Shown here piece by piece: positions 47,949 through 57,333 of a stretch of 57,571 nt of DNA. Position 1 is the first letter of the stretch. Every line of letters begins with the position of its first letter. Source of the DNA: an uncultured Bacilli bacterium (lineage in GTDB: Bacteria; Bacillota_I; Bacilli_A; RF39; UBA660); contig CAJUNE010000003.1 in the NCBI GenBank assembly GCA_910587745.1, positions 1-57,571 on the forward strand, given 5' to 3'. A program made the position numbers and the translations under genes. The notes beneath the pieces are model-generated. The model was not told the origin of the DNA, did not search any database, and was given only the letters and a program-made list of their open reading frames with translations.

Positions 47949-48040
47949 AATACATCACTAATAGTATTATAACATTTTTCTTTAATTTAATTAAGAAAAA
48001 TCTATTAATCATGTTAAATAAATGTCTATTTAAACATAAG

Positions 48041-48064
48041 AAAAAACTAGTTTAAAACTAGTTT
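48041..48064 (-). terminator. Intrinsic terminator overlapping the tsf stop codon
   Basis: The minus strand forms AAACTAG-ttttaaa-CTAGTTT followed by TTTTTTC. Confidence 0.55.
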
Positions 48065-48936
48065 CCATTAATTTGATTCATTACTTCTTCAGCAAAGTTT
48101 TCACATCTTTTTTCCATGCCTTCGCCTACTTCATAACGTACCATAGAAATAAGCTCACCACCATTATTTTTAACATAAGTAGCAACACTTATATCTCCAT
48201 CTTTAATAAATGCTTGTTCTGCAAGGCAAATTTCTTTAAAGTATTTCTTAATTCTGCCTTCAACCATTTTTTCAGCAATATCAGCAGGTTTGCCTTCAGA
48301 CATTGCAATTTCTTTTTGAACTTCACGTTCTCTATTCACAACATCTTCAGGCACCTCACTTTCAAATACATAAAGTGGTTTCATAGCAGCTGCTTGCATT
48401 GCAACATCTTTAGCAACATCTGAATTAGCATTCTTAACAACTGTTAAAACAGCAATTTTACCACCCATATGTAGGTAAGCCCCAAAATTTTCGTCATCAT
48501 TTTTTTCTACAACTTCAATTCTTCTTAAAGATAATTTTTCACCGATTTTAGCAGTCTTAGCAACAATTAAATCAGCAATAGTTCCTTCTTCACAAGATAG
48601 TTTTAAAGCTTCTTCTAAAGTATTAATTGTGCTATTTAAAATAGTATTACCAATTGTATCTATCATTCCAGTAAACTCTTCATTCTTACTAACAAAATCA
48701 GTTTCACTATTTACTTCTAATATAATAGCACGATTACCATTTACATATATATTAGCTAAGCCTTCAGCAGCAATACGTGAAGCTTTCTTTTCACTTTTTG
48801 CAATACCTTTTTCACGAAGCCAATCAATAGCTTCTTCCATATTTCCATTAGTTTCTGCAAGAGCTTTCTTACAATCCATCATTCCAGCACCAGTTTTTTC
48901 ACGTAAATCTTTTACCATACTTGCTGTAACTTCCAT
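48058..48936 (-). CDS. tsf: Elongation factor Ts
   Basis: VKDLREKTGAGMMDCKKALAETNGNMEEAIDWLREKG. Confidence 0.95.
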   Translation of the reverse strand: MEVTASMVKDLREKTGAGMMDCKKALAETNGNMEEAIDWLREKGIAKSEKKASRIAAEGLANIYVNGNRAIILEVNSETDFVSKNEEFTGMIDTIGNTILNSTINTLEEALKLSCEEGTIADLIVAKTAKIGEKLSLRRIEVVEKNDDENFGAYLHMGGKIAVLTVVKNANSDVAKDVAMQAAAMKPLYVFESEVPEDVVNREREVQKEIAMSEGKPADIAEKMVEGRIKKYFKEICLAEQAFIKDGDISVATYVKNNGGELISMVRYEVGEGMEKRCENFAEEVMNQINGN

Positions 48937-49006
48937 TTTTCTTCCTCCTTAAATATCATTATTATATTAAATTAAAATATAAAATTAAAATATAAAAATT
49001 TTAAAA

Positions 49007-49951
49007 TTATTTTAAATTTTCAATTAATTCATCTTTTTTCATAGTTGAATAACCTTTAACACCTTTTTCTTTAGCAATAGCTTTAAGTTCTGTTAAAGTC
49101 ATTTCACTATAATCTGTAGTTTTTTCTTCTTTTACTTCTTTTTTTGTTTCATTCTTTTCTACATTTTTTTCATTCTTAGGAGCTTTTTCTTCAGTCTTAA
49201 CTAAATCTTCCATAGTTTTAGACTCTACTTTAGCTTTTTTATCTTCTTCAGTAACGTAATCAACCATTTCTAAATTACGTGCTTCACAAATAGCATTATT
49301 AAGTACTCCAAGTAATACTTTAACACTTCTAACAGCATCATCATTACCAGGAATTACAAAATCAACATCATCTGGATCACAATTAGTATCTACAATACCA
49401 AATACTGGAATACGAAGTTTACGAGCTTCTCTAATTGCATTAATTTCTTTTTTAGGATCAACAATAATTAAAGCATTAGGTAATTTATTCATATCACGGA
49501 TACCAGCTAAAATTTTATTTAATTTTTCATATTCTTTTTTTAGTCCAATAACTTCTTTTTTAGGTAAAAGATCAAATTTACCTTCTTTTTCCATATTTTC
49601 GATTTCTTCTAATCTTCTAATTCTTCTTCTAATAGTTCTAAAATTAGTTAAAGTTCCTCCTAACCAGCGTTCAGTAACATAATAAGAATTACTACGATTA
49701 GCTTCTTCTTGAGAAACTTCTTGAGCTTGTTTCTTAGTTCCAACAAATAAGAAAGTTCCTCCATTATCAGCGATAGCTTTTACTTGAGTGTAAGCTTCCT
49801 CTAATTTTTTTGTAGTTTTTTCTAGGTCGATAATATAAATATCTTCTCTAGTTCCAAAAATGTATTCTTTCATCTTTGGATTCCATCTTTTAGTTTGATG
49901 TCCAAAATGAACACCTGCTTCTAATAAATAACTCATAGAAACAACTGACAT
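49007..49951 (-). CDS. rpsB: 30S ribosomal protein S2 with ~80-aa C-terminal extension ending in a Rho_N/SAP-like module
   Basis: The S2 core ([19 protein letters not shown]...) is followed by a Lys/Glu-rich linker and [36 protein letters not shown]. Confidence 0.95.
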   Translation of the reverse strand: MSVVSMSYLLEAGVHFGHQTKRWNPKMKEYIFGTREDIYIIDLEKTTKKLEEAYTQVKAIADNGGTFLFVGTKKQAQEVSQEEANRSNSYYVTERWLGGTLTNFRTIRRRIRRLEEIENMEKEGKFDLLPKKEVIGLKKEYEKLNKILAGIRDMNKLPNALIIVDPKKEINAIREARKLRIPVFGIVDTNCDPDDVDFVIPGNDDAVRSVKVLLGVLNNAICEARNLEMVDYVTEEDKKAKVESKTMEDLVKTEEKAPKNEKNVEKNETKKEVKEEKTTDYSEMTLTELKAIAKEKGVKGYSTMKKDELIENLK

Positions 49952-50115
49952 ATAAATCATCCATCCTTTCGTTTTTACCTCTTTTTGCTTTCAAACATTT
50001 AACTCCACCACTCTTCGCGGCACTAGGACTTAAACTAAACAAAAATGTGTATTTGCAATTTATTTGCCGATATTATTATATTATAAAGTATATGAAAAAA
50101 CAAGTAAAACTTAAC

Positions 50116-51027
50116 TTAATTCCCAAGTTTTTCCACATTTCTTTCAAATAATTTTTTCCATTCTTCCAAACTTTCCAAATCTTTTTCAGCAATTAAATAT
50201 TTTTTAACTGCTTTTTGTAGCTTTAATATATCTTTTTTAGCTTTTAAAATATGAATTTTTCTATGACAGTTAGGACACAAAGCAACTGTATTATAGAGCG
50301 CATCAGGGCCATCATTAGCAAGATTAATTATATGATGTTCCTCTAAAAAAGGATAACCATTTTTATCATTAAATGGTGCTTCATTCTTACATAAATCACA
50401 TTTCCCATTAGCTCTATATTTAGTATATTCAGCGATATATAAATCCCTACTTCTTTTAATAACTTCTCCGCTCTTACTAACAGGTTTAATTTTAGATGCA
50501 TTCTTAGCTCTTAATTTTAATTCATGAACTGGCAATTTTCTTACTTTTTTTATTTTTTCTTCCATACTCAATTCTACATCTTTATCTAAAACTGTTAAAT
50601 TAACTGAATTATTTAAACGCTTTAAAGGAAATTTAAAAACACGTCGCAAATCACCATTTTTATCTAACTCATCCATTTCAAGCACATTACCTGCAACTTC
50701 TACTTCACCAGCATAATAATATTCATCAGACTTATAAGACTCAAATAAATAAACATTAATATTTTTTTCTTTAGAATAGAGCAACGTCTTATTTTGAGAA
50801 AAATTTATATTTTGATCGCCAACCATTCCCATACCTGTATAATAAAGTATTCCATTATTATCCCAAACATCATCATAAAGACTATTATTATGCTTTGCAA
50901 TAAGTATTAATGAATTTGTTTTTAAAGATCTTCTCATCCCACCTTGATTAGAACATTTAAAAACAGTACTTATATCATTATTTGAATATTTATTTCCTAT
51001 TACTAATTTATTATTTATTTTTGTCAT
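50116..51027 (-). CDS. Putative modification-dependent (Type IV) restriction endonuclease: SRA/YDG-like PUA-fold reader fused to an HNH nuclease
   Basis: The N-terminal half has QGGMRRS...LYDDVWDNNGILYYTGMGMVGDQ...NKTL (SRA/YDG-like). The C-terminal half has CDLC...EEHHIINLANDGPD...NTVALCPNCHRKIH (HNH with a CxxC zinc pair). Confidence 0.6.
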   Translation of the reverse strand: MTKINNKLVIGNKYSNNDISTVFKCSNQGGMRRSLKTNSLILIAKHNNSLYDDVWDNNGILYYTGMGMVGDQNINFSQNKTLLYSKEKNINVYLFESYKSDEYYYAGEVEVAGNVLEMDELDKNGDLRRVFKFPLKRLNNSVNLTVLDKDVELSMEEKIKKVRKLPVHELKLRAKNASKIKPVSKSGEVIKRSRDLYIAEYTKYRANGKCDLCKNEAPFNDKNGYPFLEEHHIINLANDGPDALYNTVALCPNCHRKIHILKAKKDILKLQKAVKKYLIAEKDLESLEEWKKLFERNVEKLGN

Positions 51028-51412
51028 TATACTCCTCCTCTAAAAACTTTGCTAAAGGAATATCAGCTAAAGCTAAATCATAATTAAGCAAATCTTTTAT
51101 TTCTACAAATTTATACTCAAAATGATTATGCAATTTAAAATCTCCACCAATATACTTACACTCATAAAGTCGTAAATCAATAACATTAGAAGGATAAGTG
51201 CAAATATTATTAGTTAAAAACCTGATTGCTTTAACTTGCATTTCAAACTCTTCTAAAATTTCTCTTTCTATTGCATCTTTTTCTGATTCATTTTTTTCTA
51301 CTTTACCACCTGGAAACTCCCATTTACCAAAAGTTTCTTTAGAACCTGTTGATCTTTTAGCAATTAAAACTTTGTCTTTCTTAAATATTAAAGCCGCCAC
51401 TACTGTTATCAT
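51011..51412 (-). CDS. MutT/NudG-like Nudix (deoxy)nucleoside triphosphate pyrophosphohydrolase
   Basis: GKWEFPGGKVEKNESEKDAIEREILEEFEM Nudix box. It overlaps the downstream HNH gene by 17 nt. Confidence 0.75.
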   Translation of the reverse strand: MITVVAALIFKKDKVLIAKRSTGSKETFGKWEFPGGKVEKNESEKDAIEREILEEFEMQVKAIRFLTNNICTYPSNVIDLRLYECKYIGGDFKLHNHFEYKFVEIKDLLNYDLALADIPLAKFLEEEYNDKNK

Positions 51413-51502
51413 AAACTTCACCAAATAAATTATAACACAAAAACAATAAATTTAAAATTAGACACTTATTCAAAACTATGATAAAATAAAATAGTGATAT
51501 AT

Positions 51503-51724
51503 ATGCAAAAAATACTTATTAAATTAATTAAACTTTATCAAGCCCTCCCACTTCATACTCATAGTGCTTGTCGTTTTTATCCAACATGTAGTAATTATGC
51601 TATCGAAGCTATAAGTATTCATGGCAGTATAAAAGGAATTTATTTAACAATAAAAAGAATTTTAAGATGTAATCCTTTTAATAAAAAAAGCGGTATAGAC
51701 CTAGTACCACCTAAAAACAAATAA
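51503..51724 (+). CDS. yidD: Membrane protein insertion efficiency factor YidD
   Basis: LIKLYQ...[15 protein letters not shown]...G...KRILRCNPF signature. Confidence 0.85.
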   Translation: MQKILIKLIKLYQALPLHTHSACRFYPTCSNYAIEAISIHGSIKGIYLTIKRILRCNPFNKKSGIDLVPPKNK

Positions 51725-52031
51725 ATATCATAGCTAAAACAATTATTAATACAAAAGCAATAATATATTTAATTTTATTTTTAAACTTTAATTTTTTAAT
51801 TATCAAATCCATATCTTGAATTGATGTATCACCACTAAGCATTTCTACAATACTTGTCCCCAAAACTATAGATAACTTTTCTAATTTTTTTATATTAGGA
51901 AGACTTTTTCCTTTTTCCCATTTATCAATAGTTGCAATAGACACATGCATTTTTCTAGCTAATTCTTCTTGTGTAATTTTAGCATCAATTCTTTTTTCTT
52001 GAATAAAAGCCCCTATTTTCTTATTATACAT
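51711..52031 (-). CDS. XRE-family HTH protein with C-terminal TM anchor
   Basis: [40 protein letters not shown] plus a terminal hydrophobic segment [17 protein letters not shown]. Confidence 0.7.
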   Translation of the reverse strand: MYNKKIGAFIQEKRIDAKITQEELARKMHVSIATIDKWEKGKSLPNIKKLEKLSIVLGTSIVEMLSGDTSIQDMDLIIKKLKFKNKIKYIIAFVLIIVLAMIFICF

Positions 52032-52151
52032 AAACCCACTTCTCTCTAAAGATATTTTATCAAATAAAACAACATTCGTAAACATTTTTCACTATTTCAA
52101 AAGACTTCTAACTTGCATTTTACTTTCCTGATAAAATAAATCTTTTTTACT

Positions 52152-52798
52152 TTACAATATCATTAAAACTCTCAAGATATTTTTTTCTTCAAAAAAACTC
52201 AAATCATAGCTTATATCTTTTAAACCTAAAATCTCTAAAGTATCAAGAGCTTTACCATTTAAAGAATAATCTTCATCATACAATAAAGAAATAACAATAG
52301 ACCAAAAAAAGTTAATTATCCAATACATATTCCTTGATTTAAATCGTTTTTTAAAATCATACCATCCCTATCTAAAAATAATAACCCTCTTTTTTGAACC
52401 ATTATATTACTACAATGAAAATCCGTGTAAACAAAACCTTTATAATATAAATCTAAAAAGATTCTACTCATCATAAAAATAATTTCGCACTTTTCTTTTA
52501 ATGATAATTTACCAAATAATTCTTTAATTGTTAAATCATCTAACAAAGGCATTGTATAACCAACAAAACAACCATCATCATATAGTAAATCATTAACCGT
52601 TACCATGCCATTTAATTTATGTTTTAAACTCTCTATTATTAAATTTTCTCTTTGTTCTCTTAAGGCTACATTTAATATTTTATAAACCTCATTTTGATAT
52701 AAATATAAAGAACTCTCACCATTAAGAGTTTGTTTATTAAAACTTTGAAGAAGTTTTGGATAACTACTAATAACTTCTAAACTAATATTCTTCCTCAT
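52152..52798 (-). pseudogene. Small protein-kinase-like gene interrupted by a frameshift
   Basis: The 160-aa ORF carries FVYTDFHCSNIMV...LDRDG (kinase catalytic-loop-like) and stops at 52316. A second frame continues with WIINFFWSIVISLLYDEDYSLNGKALDTLEILGLKDISYDLSFFEEKNILRVLMIL to the TAA at 52152. An A6 run (52347-52352) lies inside the window where the frame must switch. Confidence 0.5.
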
Positions 52799-52819
52799 AA
52801 AACCCCCAGAAACATAAAA

Positions 52820-52837
52820 ATCCCACTTTAGTGGGAT
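52820..52837 (-). terminator. Terminator downstream of tRNA-Ser
   Basis: ATCCCAC-taaa-GTGGGAT followed on the minus strand by TTTTTATGTTT. Confidence 0.55.
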
Positions 52838-52848
52838 AATAACCTAAA

Positions 52849-52941
52849 TGGCGGAGTTGAGAGGATTTGAACCTCCGCGCCAGCATTCGCCGACCTAAAT
52901 CCTTAGCAGGGATCCCTCTTCAGCCTCTTGAGTACAACTCC
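52849..52941 (-). tRNA. tRNA-Ser (anticodon GCU), class II with long variable arm
   Basis: The reverse complement is GGAGTTGTACTCAAGAGGCTGAAGAGGGATCC-CTGCTAA-GGATT...variable arm...GGAGGTTCAAATCCTCTCAACTCCGCCA. Confidence 0.9.
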
Positions 52942-53061
52942 AATTTGCTACTACTTAAGTGTACAATAAATATTAATCTTTGTCAATATTTTTTAGCCAA
53001 ACTATAGAACTAATACATATTTATCTAAAATTTACCAATAATAACATTAGGTGAAACCCAT

Positions 53062-54495
53062 ATGGAAAATAAAATCGTCAAAAGAATCCAAGAAGAATTC
53101 AAAAAAAATCCTGATTTAACTACTAAAAAAATAAAATTATCTCTACTTGATACTGTATATGTAATTTATTTAGAAACTATTAGTTCCAGTGATAAAGTAA
53201 ATGATTATATCTTAAAAAATTTAAGTAATTTAAGTGGCTTAAAAAGTAAAAAAATAAGAAACTTAGATTCTATATTACCCGGTCCTAATACCAAAGAAAT
53301 TAAAAACTATGATGAGATAGAATTTTACATAACTAATGGATTTACTATTGTAGTAAGAAATAATACGATTCTTGCCATTGAAACCAAAGCTGATATTAAT
53401 CGAAGTGTTGCTGAACCTAATAGTGAACCAGCTACTAATGGACCCAAAGACGCTTTTACAGAAAATTATCAAATTAATTTAGGTTTAATAAAAAGAAGAA
53501 TTAAATCTCATACTTTAAAAACTGATGAGTATATTGTTGGACGTAAAACAAGCACTAAAGTTGGCGTTTTATATTTTGATGATATTGCAGATTTAGAACA
53601 AGTTGAATTAATCAAAAAGAAAATATCTAAAATAGATATTGATGGCATAATTGATACAGCTTCTTTAGGTCAATTAATAACAGATGAATTTATTACCCAC
53701 TTTCCTACTTATATGATGACAGAAAGACCCGATAATGTTTCTCGTGCCCTACTTGAAGGTAAAATTGCTATTACAGTTGATACTTCACCTTATGTTATAA
53801 TACTACCCGCCTTTCTAGCAGACTTTATTAATCCAGGAGTAGATCAGTATAATAAAAACAAAAATGTTAACTTTATTAAAATACTTCGCTTTGTTTGTTT
53901 CTTTTTATCAATGATAGCGCCTGCCGTTTATATTGCTCTTACAAATTATAATCAAGAAACTATTCCAACAGACCTTTTAGTTAGTTTTGCTGTTCAAAGA
54001 GATGGTGTCCCCTTTCCGGCAATAGTTGAAGCTTTTATGATGCTCTTTATATGTGAGATGTTACGAGAAAGTGACCTTAGATTCCCTAACTCGTATGGTA
54101 GTGCCATTTCTATTTTAGGTGCTTTAGTCTTAGGAGATGCAGCTGTTTCTGCAGGAATAGTTAGTCAAATTATGATTATAGTTATTGCTCTAACATTTAT
54201 ATCCAGTTTAATATTTACTGAAGTAGAACTAGTAAGTGCCTTAAGACATTTAAGATTTATCTTTCTAATTTTAGCATCATTCTATGGCATTATGGGTATA
54301 GTCTTTGGTTTATTCTATTTTCTTATTAGAATTAATGATACTTACTCCTTTGGTAAACCTTACTTCTATCCGATTGTTCCTTTTGATAAAACATACATCT
54401 TTAAAACTTTACTTAAATCTCGTGCTAAAAAAGATACTAAACGTAGTAAATTGCTTACTAAGAAAAACTTTACAAGACAAGGAGAAAACGCATGA
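53062..54495 (+). CDS. Spore germination protein, GerA/GerKA family (A subunit)
   Basis: GerA-family length and architecture, with a C-terminal TM bundle and the ...EMLRESDLRFPN... region. It is the first gene of an A-C-B operon. Confidence 0.85.
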   Translation: MENKIVKRIQEEFKKNPDLTTKKIKLSLLDTVYVIYLETISSSDKVNDYILKNLSNLSGLKSKKIRNLDSILPGPNTKEIKNYDEIEFYITNGFTIVVRNNTILAIETKADINRSVAEPNSEPATNGPKDAFTENYQINLGLIKRRIKSHTLKTDEYIVGRKTSTKVGVLYFDDIADLEQVELIKKKISKIDIDGIIDTASLGQLITDEFITHFPTYMMTERPDNVSRALLEGKIAITVDTSPYVIILPAFLADFINPGVDQYNKNKNVNFIKILRFVCFFLSMIAPAVYIALTNYNQETIPTDLLVSFAVQRDGVPFPAIVEAFMMLFICEMLRESDLRFPNSYGSAISILGALVLGDAAVSAGIVSQIMIIVIALTFISSLIFTEVELVSALRHLRFIFLILASFYGIMGIVFGLFYFLIRINDTYSFGKPYFYPIVPFDKTYIFKTLLKSRAKKDTKRSKLLTKKNFTRQGENA

Positions 54496-55580
54496 AGAAA
54501 CTATTAATATTATTAATTATTCCTTTCATTTTAAGTGGCTGTTATGACTATAATGAGCTTAATGATTTAGCTATCGTCTCAGGTATTGGTATTGATTATG
54601 AAAATGAAGAATATATAGTTACTTATGAAATATTAAGTACTAAAAAAGAAGGAGAAACCTCAGCCTCCTCTAGTACTTATAACGTTACAAGTCGTGGTAA
54701 AACAGTAGTTGAAGCTTTTAGTAATAATGGTAATTTAATGGATAAAGTACCCTACTTTGAACATGTAGATGTAGTTGTTATAAGTGAAGATATAGCTAAA
54801 AACAATTTAAAAGAAGTTGGCGAATATATTATTAGAACATCTAAACTTCGAAACGAAAGTTTTCTAGCTATTGCTACTAATTCCAGTGCTAAAGATGTTA
54901 TAGAAGCTAAAACCAAGGAAAAACCTGTTGCCTCAAGTTTTATAATGAATTTACTCGAAAATAATAAAAATAGTGCTAGTGCTGGTTACTTTATGCCATA
55001 TACAGAAATATTAAATAGTATTCTAACAAATGGTGAAGATGCTATTTTATCAGCAGTTACTGTAAAAAAAAATGGTGAAGAAAAAAATATTGAATTAGTA
55101 GGTCTAGGTGTCTTTGAAGATTTTAAATTAAAACATATTTTTGATACCAAGGAAGCAGCCATTTTAAATGTCTTAAATAATTTTGATGCTGAAACAGTAT
55201 TCTTTGAAAAGAAATGTAACAATGGTGTTATAGTAGTATCCATTTATGAATCAAGTATCAAAATAGAACCTAATAATGAAAATGTTAAAATAAGCGGCAA
55301 ATTAAATGTTCGAATTAATGAGGACACTTGTAATGATAATTTAAGAGATGAAAAAGTCTATGAAAAACTCCAAAAAGAATTTACTAAAATAGTTGAAGAT
55401 AAAATGCTTAATGTTTTAGAAACTCTTCAAACAGAAAAATCAAATGCTCTTAAAATTGGTAAATCTTATTATGATAAATATCGTAAACCAGAATACAAAT
55501 TATGGACTAACCAAAGATTTGTCTTCGATTTAGATTTAAAAATAAATAAGAAAGGATTAATATTTGAGGTGAAAAAATGA
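54492..55580 (+). CDS. Spore germination lipoprotein, Ger(x)C family
   Basis: Lipobox LSGC followed by YDYNELNDLAIVSGIGIDY. It overlaps the A gene by ATGA. Confidence 0.85.
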   Translation: MKKLLILLIIPFILSGCYDYNELNDLAIVSGIGIDYENEEYIVTYEILSTKKEGETSASSSTYNVTSRGKTVVEAFSNNGNLMDKVPYFEHVDVVVISEDIAKNNLKEVGEYIIRTSKLRNESFLAIATNSSAKDVIEAKTKEKPVASSFIMNLLENNKNSASAGYFMPYTEILNSILTNGEDAILSAVTVKKNGEEKNIELVGLGVFEDFKLKHIFDTKEAAILNVLNNFDAETVFFEKKCNNGVIVVSIYESSIKIEPNNENVKISGKLNVRINEDTCNDNLRDEKVYEKLQKEFTKIVEDKMLNVLETLQTEKSNALKIGKSYYDKYRKPEYKLWTNQRFVFDLDLKINKKGLIFEVKK

Positions 55581-56608
55581 AAGAAAAACCATTTATCATA
55601 TATTTTTTAACCCAAAGTTTATTCTTAGGTTTTGGTATCTCTATTTTATTTAGTATTTCCAGTAAAGATTGTTATATAGGAGCTCTTTTAGGATTATTAA
55701 TTGGTTTTGTTATAATCTACTTATATTCTAAATTTTTAGAATTAAAAAAGAAAAGAACTCTTAAAGAAATACTAAAACAAAATAAAATTCTCGGCATATT
55801 TGTTTATCTTCTAATTATTATAGCTTCTTATATTTTACTAATCTATTCTCTAGTTATATATAAAGTATTCGTAGCTAGTTTTATGTTAATTAAAACCCCA
55901 GAAATTCTTCTACTCATACCTATTGTTATATTTGGAACTTATGGTGCATTTAAAGGATTAACAGTTATAAATCGTGTAGCAGAATCCTTAATACCTCTAG
56001 CTTTAGGTTTAGCAGCCTTTGCTTTTCTAGGGGTTGTTGGTTTATTTGACACATCTAATTTTCTTCCAATTTTAACTACTACTCCATCTAACTTTTTTAA
56101 AACAGCCATAACTTTCGCTGGCATAAGTACATTTCCTAATTTACTTACTATTCATTATCAAGAAAAACCAAAATATATGCTAACTACTTATTCCCTAACT
56201 TGTTTACTGATAATCGGTACTATCATTTATATAAATGGTATTCTAGGCGAAGAACTAGTTCACATCTATCGTTTCCCAGAATATATGGTTTTAAAACAAT
56301 TAAAACTATTCCAATTTATTGAAAAAGTTGAAAACATTTTATCAATCGCATGGATATTTAACATTTTTATTCTTTTAATGACATCTATTCATTCAATTAA
56401 AGAATTATTGCCTAATAAAAAACCTAAAATAATAACAGTCATAATTCTAATATTAACCTTATATATGATAGACAAAGTATTCGCTTTTAATTATGTTAAT
56501 GAACTTCGTATTTATAAATTATTACCATATATAAGTATAATTATTCCTTTAATAATTATTATACCTTTATTATATTTAGCTAAAAAAAAGAAAAGTAATC
56601 ATAACTAG
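55577..56608 (+). CDS. Spore germination permease, GerAB/GerKB family (B subunit)
   Basis: A ~10-TM APC-like protein that overlaps the C gene by ATGA. Confidence 0.8.
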   Translation: MKEKPFIIYFLTQSLFLGFGISILFSISSKDCYIGALLGLLIGFVIIYLYSKFLELKKKRTLKEILKQNKILGIFVYLLIIIASYILLIYSLVIYKVFVASFMLIKTPEILLLIPIVIFGTYGAFKGLTVINRVAESLIPLALGLAAFAFLGVVGLFDTSNFLPILTTTPSNFFKTAITFAGISTFPNLLTIHYQEKPKYMLTTYSLTCLLIIGTIIYINGILGEELVHIYRFPEYMVLKQLKLFQFIEKVENILSIAWIFNIFILLMTSIHSIKELLPNKKPKIITVIILILTLYMIDKVFAFNYVNELRIYKLLPYISIIIPLIIIIPLLYLAKKKKSNHN

Positions 56609-56618
56609 GATTATTTTT

Positions 56619-57206
56619 TTAATAGTCATCAACTATATAATAAACATCATTATAAATAAGTTTATCTTTTTTATTTATACCATATAAAAAGACTTCTATA
56701 TTAAGTTTTTTTAAAGAATTAATCATGTGTTCACTTGCTACATCATATAAAATTCCTATAAAATCAAATGGATATAGATTAGAACTATTAAGTATATAAT
56801 TAAGAACTCCTATTTTAAAAGTTCTACTTTTAAATTTTTTTATAACACTTGTAAAAAAAGACATAACATAAATATTTTTCCTTTTATATTTATTAAGTAA
56901 TTTAGTAAATTTTTCTACATCTAAATTTATATCTTTAATTTCAATCAATAAAATTTTATCTGTTTTAAGTTTTAAAACTTCTTCAAGTTTTGGTATTCCC
57001 TTTTTCTTAAGTTCTTTATATGTATATTTCCACATAAATTTACCATCAAGCATAATATCGTGATGTACTACAAACTCTCCATCTTTAGAAGTATAAATAT
57101 CAAACTCAAAACCATCATATAAAGAATTATTTATAGCTCCTAAAAAAGCGGGTATTGTATTTTCTTTAACCACTGAATTAAATATTCCTCTATGGGCAAT
57201 TAACAT
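56619..57206 (-). CDS. Glycerophosphodiester phosphodiesterase family protein (short, 195 aa)
   Basis: IAHRGIF...ENTIPAF...GFEFDIYTSKDGEFVVHHD is the GDPD signature. Confidence 0.75.
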   Translation of the reverse strand: MLIAHRGIFNSVVKENTIPAFLGAINNSLYDGFEFDIYTSKDGEFVVHHDIMLDGKFMWKYTYKELKKKGIPKLEEVLKLKTDKILLIEIKDINLDVEKFTKLLNKYKRKNIYVMSFFTSVIKKFKSRTFKIGVLNYILNSSNLYPFDFIGILYDVASEHMINSLKKLNIEVFLYGINKKDKLIYNDVYYIVDDY

Positions 57207-57333
57207 ATAAAAACCACCAATATATTTTATGTTTAGTGGTTTAATTTTGTGTTAAGAATAACTTTTAATTTATTTTATTAAAAAGAAAAAGCTTGATATT
57301 TAGTATCTATTGTGGTACCATTATTATAATAAA

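Noticed and set aside
48961-49006. Tandem AAATTAAAATATA repeat between tsf and rpsB
   Set aside because: Only two copies of a pure A/T low-complexity unit in an intergenic spacer. There is no coding or structural potential.
49961-50115. Possible autoregulatory S2 leader upstream of rpsB (relatively GC-containing GTCCTAGTGCCGCGAAGAGTGGTGGAG)
   Set aside because: I could only draw a weak 5-bp hairpin with two wobble pairs. I see no resemblance I can verify to the described rpsB leader pseudoknot. It is left as an ordinary 5' UTR.
4126-56124. Other short track ORFs lying antisense to, or frame-shifted within, confident genes. These are 4126-4407, 4730-4984, 7670-7870, 9684-9914, 11464-11838, 16538-16855, 17403-17615, 25246-25443, 29979-30188, 30376-30750, 34742-34969, 36809-37033, 42253-42486, 47107-47382, 47595-47807, 48073-48423, 48629-48952, 51198-51428, 53275-53472, 54305-54547, 54986-55243 and 55939-56124.
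   Set aside because: All are fully contained in longer ORFs with recognisable conserved products. Their low-complexity hydrophobic translations are characteristic of alternative frames in AT-rich DNA, and they lack ribosome-binding sites.
57305-57325. TGGTACC core resembling the T-box sequence, raising the idea of a T-box leader for the GDPD gene
   Set aside because: GGTACC is palindromic, and the match is only to the core. I saw no Stem I features (GA/K-turn, specifier loop with GAA-NNN-A, AG bulge plus distal loop) and no terminator/antiterminator pair using it. The adjacent structured block is reported separately as an unassigned RNA candidate.
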